The notes beneath the pieces were generated by a model. The model ran no database searches. It worked only from the letters and a program-made list of their open reading frames with translations, and was not told the origin of the DNA. The position numbers and the translations under genes were made by a program. From assembly GCA_951406725.2 (NCBI GenBank), contig OX597816.1, forward strand, positions 37,324,001 through 37,388,000: a DNA stretch of 64,000 nt. The letters run 5' to 3'. Numbering within the stretch: the stretch's first letter is position 1; the number at the start of each line of letters is the position of its first letter. This DNA comes from Octopus vulgaris. Taxonomy: Eukaryota. Below are positions 41,595 through 54,815 of the stretch, piece after piece.

Positions 41595-41965
41595 AAACCC
41601 TTCGCTCATTATGAAACCTAGGCAACCGGCGACTTTTCTCCACTGTCCTCGACTACGAGCTATCTTTTTTGGTTTTCTCCAGTTGGATCAGCTCTGCAGC
41701 CTTGCATCTTCCTTTCGAATTTTGCTGTACCGCGTCATATGTTTCCCTCAAGGGAAGGTCTTTCTATCCTTGGTCTTGGTAGTTTTGAACTGTCATCGAT
41801 GTAAGCTTAATTTCACCTCGAGAAAGCGATTGTCCATGTTATTCTCACCTTTATTCTTTGACCTATCTAGTATGGGTGGTCCTACCAGGCCCTTGTATTT
41901 TACTGGCATAGTTCTCAGGCTCATTGAGGTTTACAAGCCGCTAAACCGCAAAAAGGACTGGGTCT
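41595..41965 (-). mobile_element. Internally deleted RTE-derived element (5' UTR joined to 3' end)
   Basis: Minus strand GGCTTGTAAACCTCAATGAGCCTGAGAACTATGCC..GGTAGGACCACCCAT..AGGTCAAAG resembles an RTE 5' UTR; IARSRGQWRKVAGCL resembles an RTE C-terminus. Confidence 0.5.
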
Positions 41966-42781
41966 TGTGTGGAACGAGAAACCTAGATGAAGAAATATGA
42001 TTTTATACGTAAGATAATTATTGTCTGGGAACAGAATTATTGTAATTGTGAGAGAGAAAAACAGCAACCACCGAACCACATGCTTTCCAATATCCACATC
42101 TAAGTACCCTGCATGCGATCTACCGTATTCATTCTTTTAAACCAAGTAACCTTTATACACAAGTGCATTGTTCTGTACAAATATAAGAATTTTTCATAAT
42201 ATAGAAATTAAATATATTTTCTACCTTTATTGTAATATTCAATAGGAAATAGAAAATCCTATCTAACAATATATTTTGCGATTAATGCAGCTCATTTCAC
42301 GATAAATACTCTAAAGTGTTATCCTGAATCTTATCTACATATTAATACAATTGCTATAATACAACTGTACCTACTTACCTTTTTTGTAACGCCTCAAACT
42401 ATGGAACAAAATCAAATATATAAAACTTACGTCATTTGTGAGAATGCTGAATGATTGATAAACTATGAAATGAATTTGAAGAATAATTATGAGACGTACA
42501 ATATTTATATTATTCGTAAGAGTGATTAATAAATATTTCACAATGATATGGTATAATATATTCTTCTGCTCATTTAGTGTTCTGTCGATTTTGGGATTGC
42601 TGTTATACTTGGATTGTTGTCATACTGCGACGGCGCCTCCATGTCAATCCAAGTAATTATTTTTAAGTTTGAACTTATATTATCGATGTGCATATGTCGA
42701 ACCGCTATGTTATGCAACATCAAAAATACCACTACTTTGAAATAACTGAAAGATAAATATACGCACACACATTCATTACAC

Positions 42782-42844
<63 letters not shown>

Positions 42845-42980
42845 TGGTGGTATCCTTTATATCTAACGTCTATCATCTATGCGGTCATCTTTCAAATGAT
42901 GTAATGTTTCATTAATCAATTAAAGGAGTGACTTAAAACGGCTGTAATTAATTGACACCTCTACATCGTTATTCATTTAT

Positions 42981-43056
<76 letters not shown>

Positions 43057-43136
43057 TATAGTGATTATGTGGTAAGCAGCTTCCTTACCAACCACATAGT
43101 TGGATATGGTAGACGGAAACTGAAAGAAGCCTGTCG

Positions 43137-43181
<45 letters not shown>

Positions 43182-43598
43182 TAATAGTTATCGCCAAGCT
43201 AATATGGCAGTTCAGAAATATAGGACGAATGCTGCCGTTGATTAGCTCAAGAAGCCATCGCCTCTAGCTACCTGTGTCCATTATAACCTCCGAACAGGGG
43301 AGGTCAGCCGCTTCCCCATGCTGTTCAGGCATATGCAAACTAGTTTCAGGGTATTTGTCCCTTATCAATGCAGAGCAGCCGAACCCAGCAGGTGTCGCTA
43401 CTGACCGCCTGTTCGAAGGAGTATTTACCTAAATTCAGTGGAATGCATCCACTGGTTTTCAAAAATTGAAATATGAATACGCTTGCTCAAGATGCCACGC
43501 AGTGGGACTGAACCCGGAGCCATGTGGTTAGTAAGCAAGCTATTTACCACACAGACACTCCTGCGCCTATATATATATATATATATATATACATACAT

Positions 43599-43917
43599 GC
43601 AGGCGTGGTTTTGTGGTAAGAAGCTTGCTTCCCAACCACATTGCTCCAGATTCAGTCTCACTGCATGGCACCTTGAGCAATCAAACCTTATGAGTGGATT
43701 TGATAGGCGGAAAATGAAAGAAGTCATGGGTGTGTCTCCCCATCAATGTTTGACAACCGGTGTTGGTGTGTTTACATCCCTATAACTTAGTGGTTCGGGA
43801 AAACGGACCGATAGAATAAGTACCAAGCTTTAAAAAATTAAGTTCTGGGATCGATTTGTTCGACTAAAAGGCGGTGCTCCAGTTGGCTGCAGTCAAATGA
43901 CTGAAACGAGTAAAAGA
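43599..43917 (+). mobile_element. SINE family A; an oppositely oriented head fragment lies at 43481-43567
   Basis: Family A head and tail motifs. Confidence 0.75.
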
Positions 43918-43939
43918 ACATATATATATATATATATAT

Positions 43940-43977
<38 letters not shown>

Positions 43978-43979
<2 letters not shown>

Positions 43980-44460
43980 GAGCAAAACGCTCCCCATCCA
44001 ATGGACGGTGCTGAATCATATCTGCTGAATAAAAAGCAATCAGTGTTTTCTTTTCATTAAAAAATAATTAAGCATGTCTTTATTGCAATCAAATTTTTGG
44101 TTTTGTTAAACGAAGTTAAAACAAAAAAAAACTTCTTGAGAAACTAAATAGTCTTTCCTTCCTTCATGCCAAGTTTTAAGAAAATATCTCTTTTGCATCA
44201 TACGTTTTTGGTCTCTTAAATATACTGCATTTTGTGGCATTATTTCTAGCCAGCCGGGTTTTTTGCGCAAACTACTCGTGCATTTTTCTATTGCGTACGT
44301 GTAGTATCGATCGCAATAGCTGATGTACTTGCGCGTACAAATGTACGTTCCCACGGCTTTATCGATCGCATTCTCACCTGGAATCGATTTTTGTAAGTTT
44401 TTCAAGACTTATACACGCCCTGATAACTGGTGAAAATGCAATCAATTAAACCGTATTTTT
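43978..44460 (-). mobile_element. Second copy of the Helitron-like repeat at 574-770
   Basis: ACGAGCAAAACGC..TCCAATGGACGGTGCTGA directly after (TA)n; shared internal block at 44308-44368. Confidence 0.45.
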
Positions 44461-46949
44461 TGGCGTCTGTATAAACTATTGAATGAAAGCAAATTAAATA
44501 ATATTAAGTAATAAATTATTCCAATTTATCTAGATTATAGTAATCTGATAGATATTATCATTCAGTAAATTTTATAACGAGTGATGACGCTGTTTTTTTT
44601 TTGTTTTTGTTATATTTTGATGGGTAATGATACTTTTTCACGTCTGATATTTTAATTTTGCGTCTGTTTCTATTTAGGAAGATTTGCACAATAAGTACTT
44701 TTTATATAAATATCATCGATAACACAGACTTAATATTATATTTTTTTATCTTAAAGTAATCTCATGTTAATAAAAAATACATGAAATGTCTTTGAAGTTC
44801 AATATTATATAAGCAGTAGAATGGGAAGTGAAGATGAGCAAGACAATAGATAGTTGAATGATAATAGAGTATTCGTTGCTTTGTAGGAGTTTGAAACTCG
44901 TTTTAGTAATACATGTAAATGTCAATAAAATTCATACAGTTTAGGTTTGAAGTGAACTTCTCATATCAATTTATTTGCCTCTCTTTATGAAATTCTTAAG
45001 TTCACAAAATAATCCTTCCTAGCAGAGTTAAAGAAATTATACTACTAACAAATTCAAAAAATATAAGAGCAGAAATGTAACTGACATTACATTTCGAAAC
45101 ATGTTCAAACTTAAAGTATATATTGAGAAAGAAGTTGCAATGTTTCCATCGAGTGATACCTAACAAAATGTTTATTTTTTATCTCACAAGCTAAAGATCA
45201 ATTTAAATGAGTACATTTTCTTCCTCTTTGATTAGCTATATATTTAGATGGTCTATTATATTTTCTTTGGGTAACTTACTTTTGGGTGTTTAACATTATG
45301 TAAATAGTTTGGAGAGAACTGCTTCTTTAAGAAGATATTTACCTATACCAAATATACATACAAAAAAAACAGTTTTAGTAATGATTAAAATTCTCACATA
45401 GACCTTGATTTATTTTGTCTATATATATATTGATCTACCATTACAAAAATATATTTTGTGCAATATTAGTCACGAATCATGCTGAAAAAAACTCTTAATA
45501 ACCACGTATCTCTAACAATCTTTGTTTGAAAGTTCACTTTAGTTCTTATAGCAGAAGTGTCCTCACATGATTCTCACATTAATATTGTTCTTGAAGAAAG
45601 CAATATTTCAAAAGGTTTGTGCTCACTTGAGGATATCTTAGATTATCCTTTCTCATTATTCTATCTTTAGAATTTTGGCTGATTCTGCCGTTTTTTCGGA
45701 AATCTTGGCGCGAAAACTACTTTTACTCTTACTGAGCGAGATTGTAGAAAAAAAACCACTCGGTAGTATTTATTTATTTCTCTTGGAGTCATTTATTTTT
45801 CCAGAAATGTTATGGAAACTCTTATATCGATTATATAATGAACTGTGGATTTTATAATGATCTCTACCAAACCAAAATCATTATCATTATTATCACCAAT
45901 ATTTCTCAGTACATTACTGATGTTCTAATAGTTGGACGTACGAACTACTCACGTAACGTTTTTCTTCCGAAGTTCAGAAAAACTAAGCGAAATATAAAAT
46001 TATTGGTTAAGCAGAAAATCTGTGGCATGGTATTCAAATGTTTTTATTATTGGCAACATTTCTTGTTAAATTGATTTTCAGTGTTGAATGTTGCTAACTT
46101 TCGTTCTAAGATGTTCATGAAATGACTAATTGCGTATAACATGTAGTAGTTACTTCCTAACAGTGATTTATTTGTATTAATATTTTAATATTTTTAACTT
46201 TTTGTGAGGAGAGGAGGCAGTGACCATAATCCGTTCAAAGTCTCTGAGGTATGTGAGAGGAACGAAAGGCGTAGGAAGGGAGAGAAGAATGAAAAATGTC
46301 CTCAAGGCATAAACCTTACCCTTCATGTTTGCAACTTAAACGATATCCAAGAACAATTCGAAATACGTAATATTGATTTTCACTTATTCCTTTAATGTTC
46401 ATTACAAAATGTAAAAATATTCGTCAAATTATTTTCATGCACTGCAGGTCAAATCACTTACCAAGGAAGTATAAGTTCGAAATATTCTAATTGTTCCCGT
46501 TATAATAATAAATGTTTGACAAATCCAAGAAAATAACATTAACCATAAAGTTTAAAAAATTGGCTTTTGGCCCGTGATCTATTTAAACTAGCTAGACCCG
46601 TTGATATTCTACAGGGTAGACAACCTTTACAACATTCTTAGATTTTATATTCAAAAAATAATTTCCGCTGCTACAAAACAGATCGCACTGAAAACATTAT
46701 GTCAACGAAGAGCAACACGTGAAATACAATACTTTCTGGTGTGCACATTAATGGAAGATAAATTTTTGTAGTAGTTTTTTTTTTTTTTACTGAAAAATTG
46801 TTCATGTTTAAGTTTCACCATAGCTGCTAGAACAATTTCTGCTTAAACATCAACCTTTCTCATTAACGGTAGTTTATGATCAGAGTGGATCAAATGAAAA
46901 GTAACTACTGAATTGGTTTATTGAATATCCATACAAGAATTTAAAATTG

Positions 46950-47155
46950 ATTTCAAATTTTGGCACAAGACCGGTAAGTTTGAGTGAGACGTAAGTCGGT
47001 TACATCACCCCACCACCAGTGCTCAACTGGTATTTATTTTACCTATCCCCGAAGGATAAAGACCTTGGCGGAATTTGAACTCAGAACGTAAAGACGGACG
47101 AAATACCGCTAAGCGTTTTACCTGACGCGTCAATAATTCTACCAGCTCACTGGCC
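46950..47155 (-). mobile_element. SINE family B, degenerate
   Basis: GGCGGAATTTGAACTCAGAACGTAA..CCAGCTC. Confidence 0.7.
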
Positions 47156-47175
47156 TACAATAGTTTAATATATAT

Positions 47176-47442
47176 ATTCTTTCACTTGTTTCAATCATTT
47201 GACAGCGGCCATGCTGGAATACCGCTTTAAAGGGTTTTAGTCTAGCAAATCGACCTCAGGACTTATTCTTTGTAAGCTTAGTACGTATTCTATCGGTGTC
47301 TTTTGCCGAACCGCAAAGTTACGGGGACTTATTCTGTGTAAGCCTAGTACTTATTTTATCGGTGTCTTTTGCCAAAACGCTAAGTTACGGGGACATAAAC
47401 ACACCAGCATCGGTTGTCAAACGATGGCTGGGGACGAACACA

Positions 47443-47450
<8 letters not shown>
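47176..47450 (-). mobile_element. SINE family A 3' half with internal duplication
   Basis: GACTTATTCT.TGTAAGC.TAGTAC..AAGTTACGGGGAC occurs twice. Confidence 0.75.
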
Positions 47451-47492
<42 letters not shown>

Positions 47493-47586
47493 GGTTTGGC
47501 CTATGCTTGCTTTCTTCCACTATTCCGATGTCGCCTGATCGGGAAGTAGAGGTACGTAGCATTTGAGAAATCTATTTTAGTGGAGG

Positions 47587-47643
47587 TTTACGCTGATGAA
47601 AGACATGGAGTTTTTATTCCTAATCTAGAAACGCGTTCGTAAA
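47587..47643 (+). ncRNA. Minimal type I hammerhead ribozyme motif
   Basis: Stem I TTTACG/CGTAAA (6 perfect bp), core CTGATGA, helix II AGA/TCT plus GGA/TCC, GAAA, palindromic helix III ACGCGT, triplet GUU. Confidence 0.6.
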
Positions 47644-47824
47644 TAACCATTAGACTTTGCTTTCGTTGATTCTTCCTTCTGTTTTGCATATGTGAATTAC
47701 AGGGATGTGTCGTATGTGGAGTCTCATTTGTAGAAAATAGAAATAAACAGTCTTTGACTGCTATTTCTAATTTTTCGGTATGTGGCTAAGCAACCTGTTG
47801 CGTGCCTCTTATATATATATATAC

Positions 47825-47863
<39 letters not shown>

Positions 47864-47885
47864 CATACATACATACATACATACA

Positions 47886-47919
<34 letters not shown>

Positions 47920-48242
47920 CGACGGGTTTCTTTCACTTTCCATCTGCCAATGGTATAATAGAAGACACTTAGTAGGAGTGAATATATCTATACATTCATA
48001 CATAGACACACACACACACACATGAGCAATAATTTACATACACACACTGACGCGTACACACATGTATGTATATGTATATGACTACACACACACATATATA
48101 CACACACACCTATGTATACGTATTTATTGCATGAATGAAAACCGCATTATTTGATATATCTATGAGGATTTTATTACGACTTATGTTATTGCTTTTGTGA
48201 GATAACAAGTGCGTTGCACACACACACACTCTCTCTCACTCT

Positions 48243-48292
<50 letters not shown>

Positions 48293-48294
<2 letters not shown>

Positions 48295-48697
48295 TACTCT
48301 TTACTCTTTTACTTGTTTCAATCATGTGACTGTGGCCATGCTGGAGCACCGCCTTTAGTCGAGCAAATCGACCCAGGACTAATTCTTTGTAAGCCTAGTA
48401 CTTATTCTATCGGTGTCTTTTGCCGAACTGCTAAGTTACGGGGACGTAACCACACCAGCATCGGTTGTCAAACGATGTTGGGGAGACAAAAACAAACACA
48501 CAAACATATACACACACATACATATATCTATATACATATATACGACGGGCTTCTTTCAGTTTCCGTCTACCAAATCCACTCGCAAGGCTTTGGTCCGCCC
48601 GAGGCTATAGTAGAAGACACTTGCCAAAGGTGCCACGCAGTGGAACTGAACCCGGAACCATGTGGTTCGTAAGCAAACTACTTACTACACAACCACG
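48293..48697 (-). mobile_element. SINE family A, full length
   Basis: Collinear with 7683-8085. Confidence 0.85.
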
Positions 48698-50233
48698 TCT
48701 TAGTGCTATATAAACAAATATATACATTCACTTGTATAATTGTAAAGTAAATATGAATATATGGTACAGAAATATATTGTATAAATATATGATATACATC
48801 TATGAGAGGGGTGAGAGAGGGAGAGGAGAGTGGGAGGGAAAGAGTGAGATACAGCGTAAGAGAGAGGGGTGTATTGAGAGAGAGTGGAAATGAAACAGTG
48901 ATTAAGGAAAAGAAGGGGAGAAATGACATGAAATAGAGAGTGGGATTGGGAGAGGAGCGGGAGAATGGGAGGGACAAGAGGATTGCAGTGTGACAAGGTG
49001 AGAGAAGTAGAAAGAGTGAGAGTGCCAGTGAGAGAGAGAGAGAGAGAGAGATGCACGTGTTAGCTTAGAAACGGAGTAACAAGATTAGTTGTAATAAAAT
49101 CCTCATAAATATATAAAATGAAATAATGAGGTTTTCATTCATGCAATAAATATATATATATACATGTGTGTCTGTGTATGCGTGTGTGTGTGTATGTGTT
49201 CATAGACATATACATATATGTGTGTACGCGTTAGTGTGTGTATGAATATATAGATACATTCAAATCCATACGTAACACATAAGTTCATGTGTGTGAGTGT
49301 GTGTATGTGAGTGTGTGTATGTGAGTGTGTGTATGTGTGTGAGCGTAATACGAAGTAATAGGAATTTGCAAATCCAGGCAGATGCCCATACCATCAAGAT
49401 AGGAATATATGAAATACGTTATTGATAAAACCAACTCATACACCACATTAGATGATGCGCGAATCACTTCGACATGAAGACTGATAATGATAGTCGATAA
49501 TGATGGCAAAATAAAACATATTTAATTTCCGAAGGATTCTGCCATATAACCCACTACTGGTGGACTTTGAAGTTGAACGTTGGAATAGTGTTAAGAACAT
49601 CAAATTCTAGATTCCCTGTGAGAAGAAATCAGCATCCAAGAAAATTGCATCAATTAAGCAAATAAATCCGATTTACTTTCCTAAATCATTGTACCATTTT
49701 ATATGTAATTTATAAAGATAGATCTATAGCACTTTATCTAGCATCAAAGATCTTTTAAATATATTTTTGATGACCTTAAAGGCCAGCTATCTACCTTTAC
49801 TTATTCACCCTTTTAGCTTTTATTCATCTATTTTTTCAATATCCTCTGAGGTCATCTTCAGTTTAAATACCAAAGTGACTTTTCTTATATGTTTCGTCTC
49901 AGTTTTTATATTTTTCTACCTTCACTTTCTTTGAATTTAGTTAGCTCGTTGTATTAATGCTAACAGTTCAGTTCTTGTTATATTTTCTCCGTGAGTGGCT
50001 TGCTTTGAAAAATTATATTAGCATAAATTTTTGAATTTATCTAATACCACAATCGATTTACTATGGACTAGTTTGTATATTGGAGCATTGAATTATAATA
50101 TCCAAAAGTGCCTACATAATAGAAACACGTGTTGGCTTTTACTATGCTGTAATCCTGTATTAAATATTTGTTAATCTGCATTCTAATTAATGTCGTGTGT
50201 GTGTGTGTGTGTGTGTGTTACATGTTGCCAATT

Positions 50234-51216
50234 ATTAAAGAGGCAGCGTGACAATATATAAGCAAGGATATTCTAAAACTTCAAAATATGATTTTTAGTC
50301 AACATATGATTGACTGCCGAAGAACCGTTTGAAAATGCATCACACATTTGTATATTCAATTGCCAAACAGAGACCACGTAACAATTTATCTATTCTAATA
50401 CAAATTATACCATTTCTTTTTTAATGGCTTTATCAAACAGGCAATGTGGTTATTGTTAATGACATTTGCGCTGAAGAAGTTGATCACTTCTTTTCTAGTA
50501 TAGTATAACAGTTTATCAATTTACGTAAGAAACCATTTTCTAAATTAAAGTCGTTCGATTTTGTAGAGTCTATCTGTGTAAAACTAATTCCTTTCAAATT
50601 CAGAAGAGATTTCGTAGTAACAAGTGATTCGTATATCAGCGTTAGTATACGCGCTTGTTAACGTGCGTTGATTAACACTAATGTATTTTATTTATTTATT
50701 TTTGTTTGCCGCATTGACCACAGTTAATTGAATTAGATGTGGCCGTGAAGGCAGGATGAAAGCTGACCGACAACTTGCACTAGAAATGTTGCTGCTGCTG
50801 CTGCCACTACAACTACTACTACTACTTTGACAGTTGTTAAGGATGTGATTGATCTAAAATCCTCCCATGTGCTCACTCGAGTTTTTAAAACTTGAGAAAA
50901 TGCATCAAGTAGATGTGTAAAATTCTCTCCGTTGAGGATAACTCACACACAAGCAGCCTGCATATATTTCCTAAGTAACAGAATGTTCTTGTTGTTATCA
51001 CTGTTGCTCTATGTATGAATATGTTGGTATAGCAACAGCAACTTAAATTAAAGAGGCAGCGGGACAATATATAAGCAAGGATATTCTAAAACTTCAAAAT
51101 ATGATTTTTAGTCAACATATAATTGACTGCCGAAGAACCGTTTGAAAATGTATCACACATTTGTATATTCAATTGCCAAACAGAGACCACGTAACAATTT
51201 ATCTATTCTAATACAA
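50234..51216 (+). repeat. 170-bp direct duplication (50234-50403 and 51047-51216)
   Basis: Near-identical copies (3 substitutions seen), offset 813 bp. Confidence 0.9.
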
Positions 51217-51277
51217 TACTTAAATTAAACTCATCTTTTATTATGTGTGTTTTTTGCGTGTGAATAGAGACAACACG

Positions 51278-51580
51278 GTGAAGGCGTATGGCCTACTGGT
51301 TTGGGTGTTGCATTCATGATCACAAGGTCATGGGTTCGATTCTGAGACCGGCCGGTGCGATGTGTTTTTTTGAGCAAAACACTTTATTTCACTTCAACAT
51401 CTGTGATCACTTCGACATCTGACGTGAAGCACACCCTGCACCTACAAATGTAATGTGGATTTGAGAAAGTGAGCTAATATACAGCGCGAACATTTAATCA
51501 CTATAAGTAAATCGTCTGAGCAGGTTGTTCAGCAAGAAATTGTAAACCCGTCTTTCTCGAACCCGAGAGACTATCATGCT
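51278..51580 (+). mobile_element. tRNA-derived SINE with family C-like head
   Basis: GTGAAGGCGTATGGCCTACTGG..GGTTCGATTC..TGAGCAAAACACTTTATTTCAC. Confidence 0.65.
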
Positions 51581-51665
51581 ACAGGCAACTCAATTCACCT
51601 GATAGGGGGAACATAGTAAAAACAAGACGAATCTGATGTTTAGCATATTAATATTTTTAAACAGT

Positions 51666-52240
51666 AAGGCGGCGAGCTGACAGAAACGTTAGCACACCAG
51701 GCGAAATGCGTAGCCGTATTTCGTCTGCCGTTACGTTCTGAGTTCAAATTCCACCGAGGTCGACTTTGCTTTTCACCCATTCGGGGTCGATTAAATAAGT
51801 ACCAGTTACGCACTGGGATCGATGTGATCGACTTAATCCGTTTGTCTGTCCTTGTTTGTCCCTTCTGTGTTTAGCCCCTTGTGGGTAGTAAAGAAATAGG
51901 TATTTTGTCTGCCGCTACGTTCTGAGTTCAAATTCCGCCGAGGTCGACTTTGCCTTCCATCCTTTCGGGGTCGATAAAATAAGTACTAGTTACGCACTGG
52001 GGTCGATATAATCGACTTAATCCGTTTGTCTGTCCTTGTTTGTCCTCTCTGTGTTTAGCCCCTTCTGGGTAGTAAAGAAATAGGTATTTTGTCTACCGCT
52101 ACGTTCTGAGTTCAAATTCCGCCGAGGTCGACTTTTCATCCTTTCGGGGTCGACAAATTAAGTCCCAGTTGCATACTGGAGTCGATCTAATCGACTGGCC
52201 CACCCCTAAAATTTCGGGCCTTGTGCCCAGAGTAGAAAAG
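51666..52240 (+). mobile_element. SINE family B, one head plus three tandem bodies (period 184 bp)
   Basis: Units begin GTATTT.GTCT at 51716, 51900 and 52084. Confidence 0.85.
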
Positions 52241-52563
52241 AATATTTTAATAATATTACAGAGAAGTAATATAGTCACTTTTTAAATTTTACTCTGTCAA
52301 AGAGTTAAAAGACAAATTCTACTGAAACTAGACCAGCCAAGTATATATATCAAAGCCTATTAATCGCATTCAGTGAGGGGTAATCAGAATAGCAGTGTGA
52401 TGGTTATTCTCACAAGTTATGATTATTTCTAATTTAGTGAAAAGAAATTTCTTCACCATCTGCATCAATTGAGCGCACGTTCAAACCTAGTTACAGTTAA
52501 GTTATATTGTTATTTAAGATGTCTTTAAGGCGGCGAGCTGGCGTAATCGTTAATACGCTAGAC

Positions 52564-52764
52564 CAGTGGTTTTCAACCAGGGTTCCGCCAGTACAGTCCA
52601 GGGGTTCCGCAAAAAGTTACAAAACTGCTAAAATCGGCAGTAATTTTTAATTCTCCTGTGCAGATATTTGCGCATAAGACTATTAAATTATTGCACAGGG
52701 GTTCCTCGAGCCAGTGGAATGTTTCCTTGGGGTTCCGCTCCAGCAAAAAGGCTGAAAAGCACTG
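52564..52764. mobile_element. hAT (Charlie-like) MITE inserted in a family B SINE
   Basis: TIRs CAGTGGTTTTCAACC / GGCTGAAAAGCACTG (13/15) and a perfect 8-bp TSD CGCTAGAC (52556-52563, 52765-52772). Confidence 0.9.
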
Positions 52765-53153
52765 CGCTAGACAAAATGCTTAGCGATGTTTTCTTCCGTT
52801 TTAAGTTCTGGGAAAAAAAATTTCACTATGGTTGATGTTGCTTTTCATCTTATGAGGGTTGATGAAATAAACATCAGTTGAACACTGAGGTGGATTTTAT
52901 CGACTAGTCATCTCCTCCAAATTTCATGTTTTGTGCTTATAGGAGAAAATTATTGTCTGTAATTTAGGTACAGGGTCAGCAATTTTGGAGGAGAGTTAGT
53001 CTATTAGATCAACACCAGTACTACACTGGTACTTTATCTTATTGAAAGGTAAAGTTGTCTTTAAAAGAACTTTAAAAAGGTGTAAATAACTTCGACTCTC
53101 TAACGATTCTGTCAATCCACTGTACTTCTTAACAATGTTTTTTTTTTTACATT

Positions 53154-53455
53154 GTTTGTTCCTTCTCGAGCCACGCCTGGCTCATTAGGGTCGGTTTCCC
53201 GGTTTCTTTTGCGTATAGATTCCCGACTTGGACAGGACGCCGGTCCGTCGCAGGTGGGCTGCAAGATGCTGGAGGAAAGAGTGAGAGAAAGTTGTGACGA
53301 AAGAGTCAGCAGAAATTCGCCATTACCTTCTGCCGGAGCCGCGAGGAGCTTAGGTGTTTCGCTCATAAACACACATATCGCCCGGTATGAGATTTGAACT
53401 CGCGATCCCTCGACCCCAGCTCCGCTGCTCTAACAATTAGGCCATGTGCCTCCAC
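53154..53455 (-). mobile_element. tRNA-derived SINE family D with 16-bp TSD
   Basis: Minus strand A-box-like TGGCCTAATTG and B box GAGTTCAAATC; TSD T11ACATT at 53138-53153 and 53456-53471. Confidence 0.8.
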
Positions 53456-54018
53456 TTTTTTTTTTTACATTAAGCAACGTAAAAGCTAATATTAAACTAT
53501 CAAGATTCGTCAGTACAATTAAAGTAAGAATTTTCTTGAACCTCAAACTGGAAACTTTATTTTGTTTGTTTCACCTCACATTTAAATGTCAGCTGCTTTA
53601 GACTTGCGTCATAAACCCGCTTTACCTATCACTTGTTTATACCAGAGGAAGAAATTAAGAAGTTATCCTATACATACCACACATTTATCTTTCATTTTAA
53701 AATAGTCATTTACAGAAAAAAAAGTCTGAAATACATTTGATATGGTTATAATCATTTAAGTTGTTTACAAGAGTTAAATAATTTTACGAGATTTAGTTTT
53801 GTATATGAACCTATTCTTATAACAAACAGCGAAGTATTATGATATATGTGTATGTACATATAAATGTATGTGTTGGGGTACACACACACATACACATATA
53901 CACATACACACACACACATACATACATACATACATACATACATACATACATGCATGCATGCATGCATGCATGCATACATACATACATACATACATACATA
54001 CATACATACATACATACA

Positions 54019-54104
<86 letters not shown>

Positions 54105-54629
54105 CGCCAGTAATTATGTATTTTATTTTCTTTGAAGCATATTTTTAATTTAATTTATCTTACAATAGAAAATATCTTCATTATCTGTTTTAAAAATACA
54201 AATTGATTTCTTCCTTTGTGTTCCAGATGATTATATCTATGTGTTAGCAACAATACTTATAACCTTTACCAAAATATTCTACCTTTTATTTGTTCTATAA
54301 ATATCTTTGGTTTTTTCTTGTTTTTTAATCGACTGAAATGTATCTTAGTTTAACACTATATAATTTTCGTATTTGATCTCACTGAAACAAATCATAAACT
54401 ATTAAAACATATACAAAATTGTTTATTTCAACAAATATTTTTATCTTTTGAAGTCGTGCTTCTATATGTACTTGTGTGTATATGTCTTACTTCGTATTTA
54501 CTCACGAATAAATTATATATTTTAAACAGACACGCATACATACGCACATGCATATATACACATATGCATACATACATGCATACATACATCCATACATAGG
54601 TACGTACATTCATATATACCTGGGTTTCT

Positions 54630-54815
54630 AAGAGTCGGGCGCGGTTTAGAAAGACAACAACCGTTCTGCCCGCTACACCAAAGCCGAGCTGGTTGCCAAG
54701 ATCAAAGAGGTGTTTGAAAAAACTTCCGAAAGACACAGCGAAGAACGCAAGTGTCAGGTTCTAGAGCTATCTTTTGGCCGTGAGGAAAATTGAAGGCGGC
54801 TACTTTGAGTAAACT
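54630..54815 (+). mobile_element. Tc1/mariner-superfamily transposase C-terminal fragment
   Basis: TKAELVAKIKEVFE..IEGGYFE* parallels the 15597-15972 fragment. Confidence 0.55.

Noticed and set aside
46588-46616. Possible Helitron 3' end (CTAG plus imperfect hairpin, minus strand)
   Set aside because: Hairpin is degenerate and no 5' end or second copy was found.
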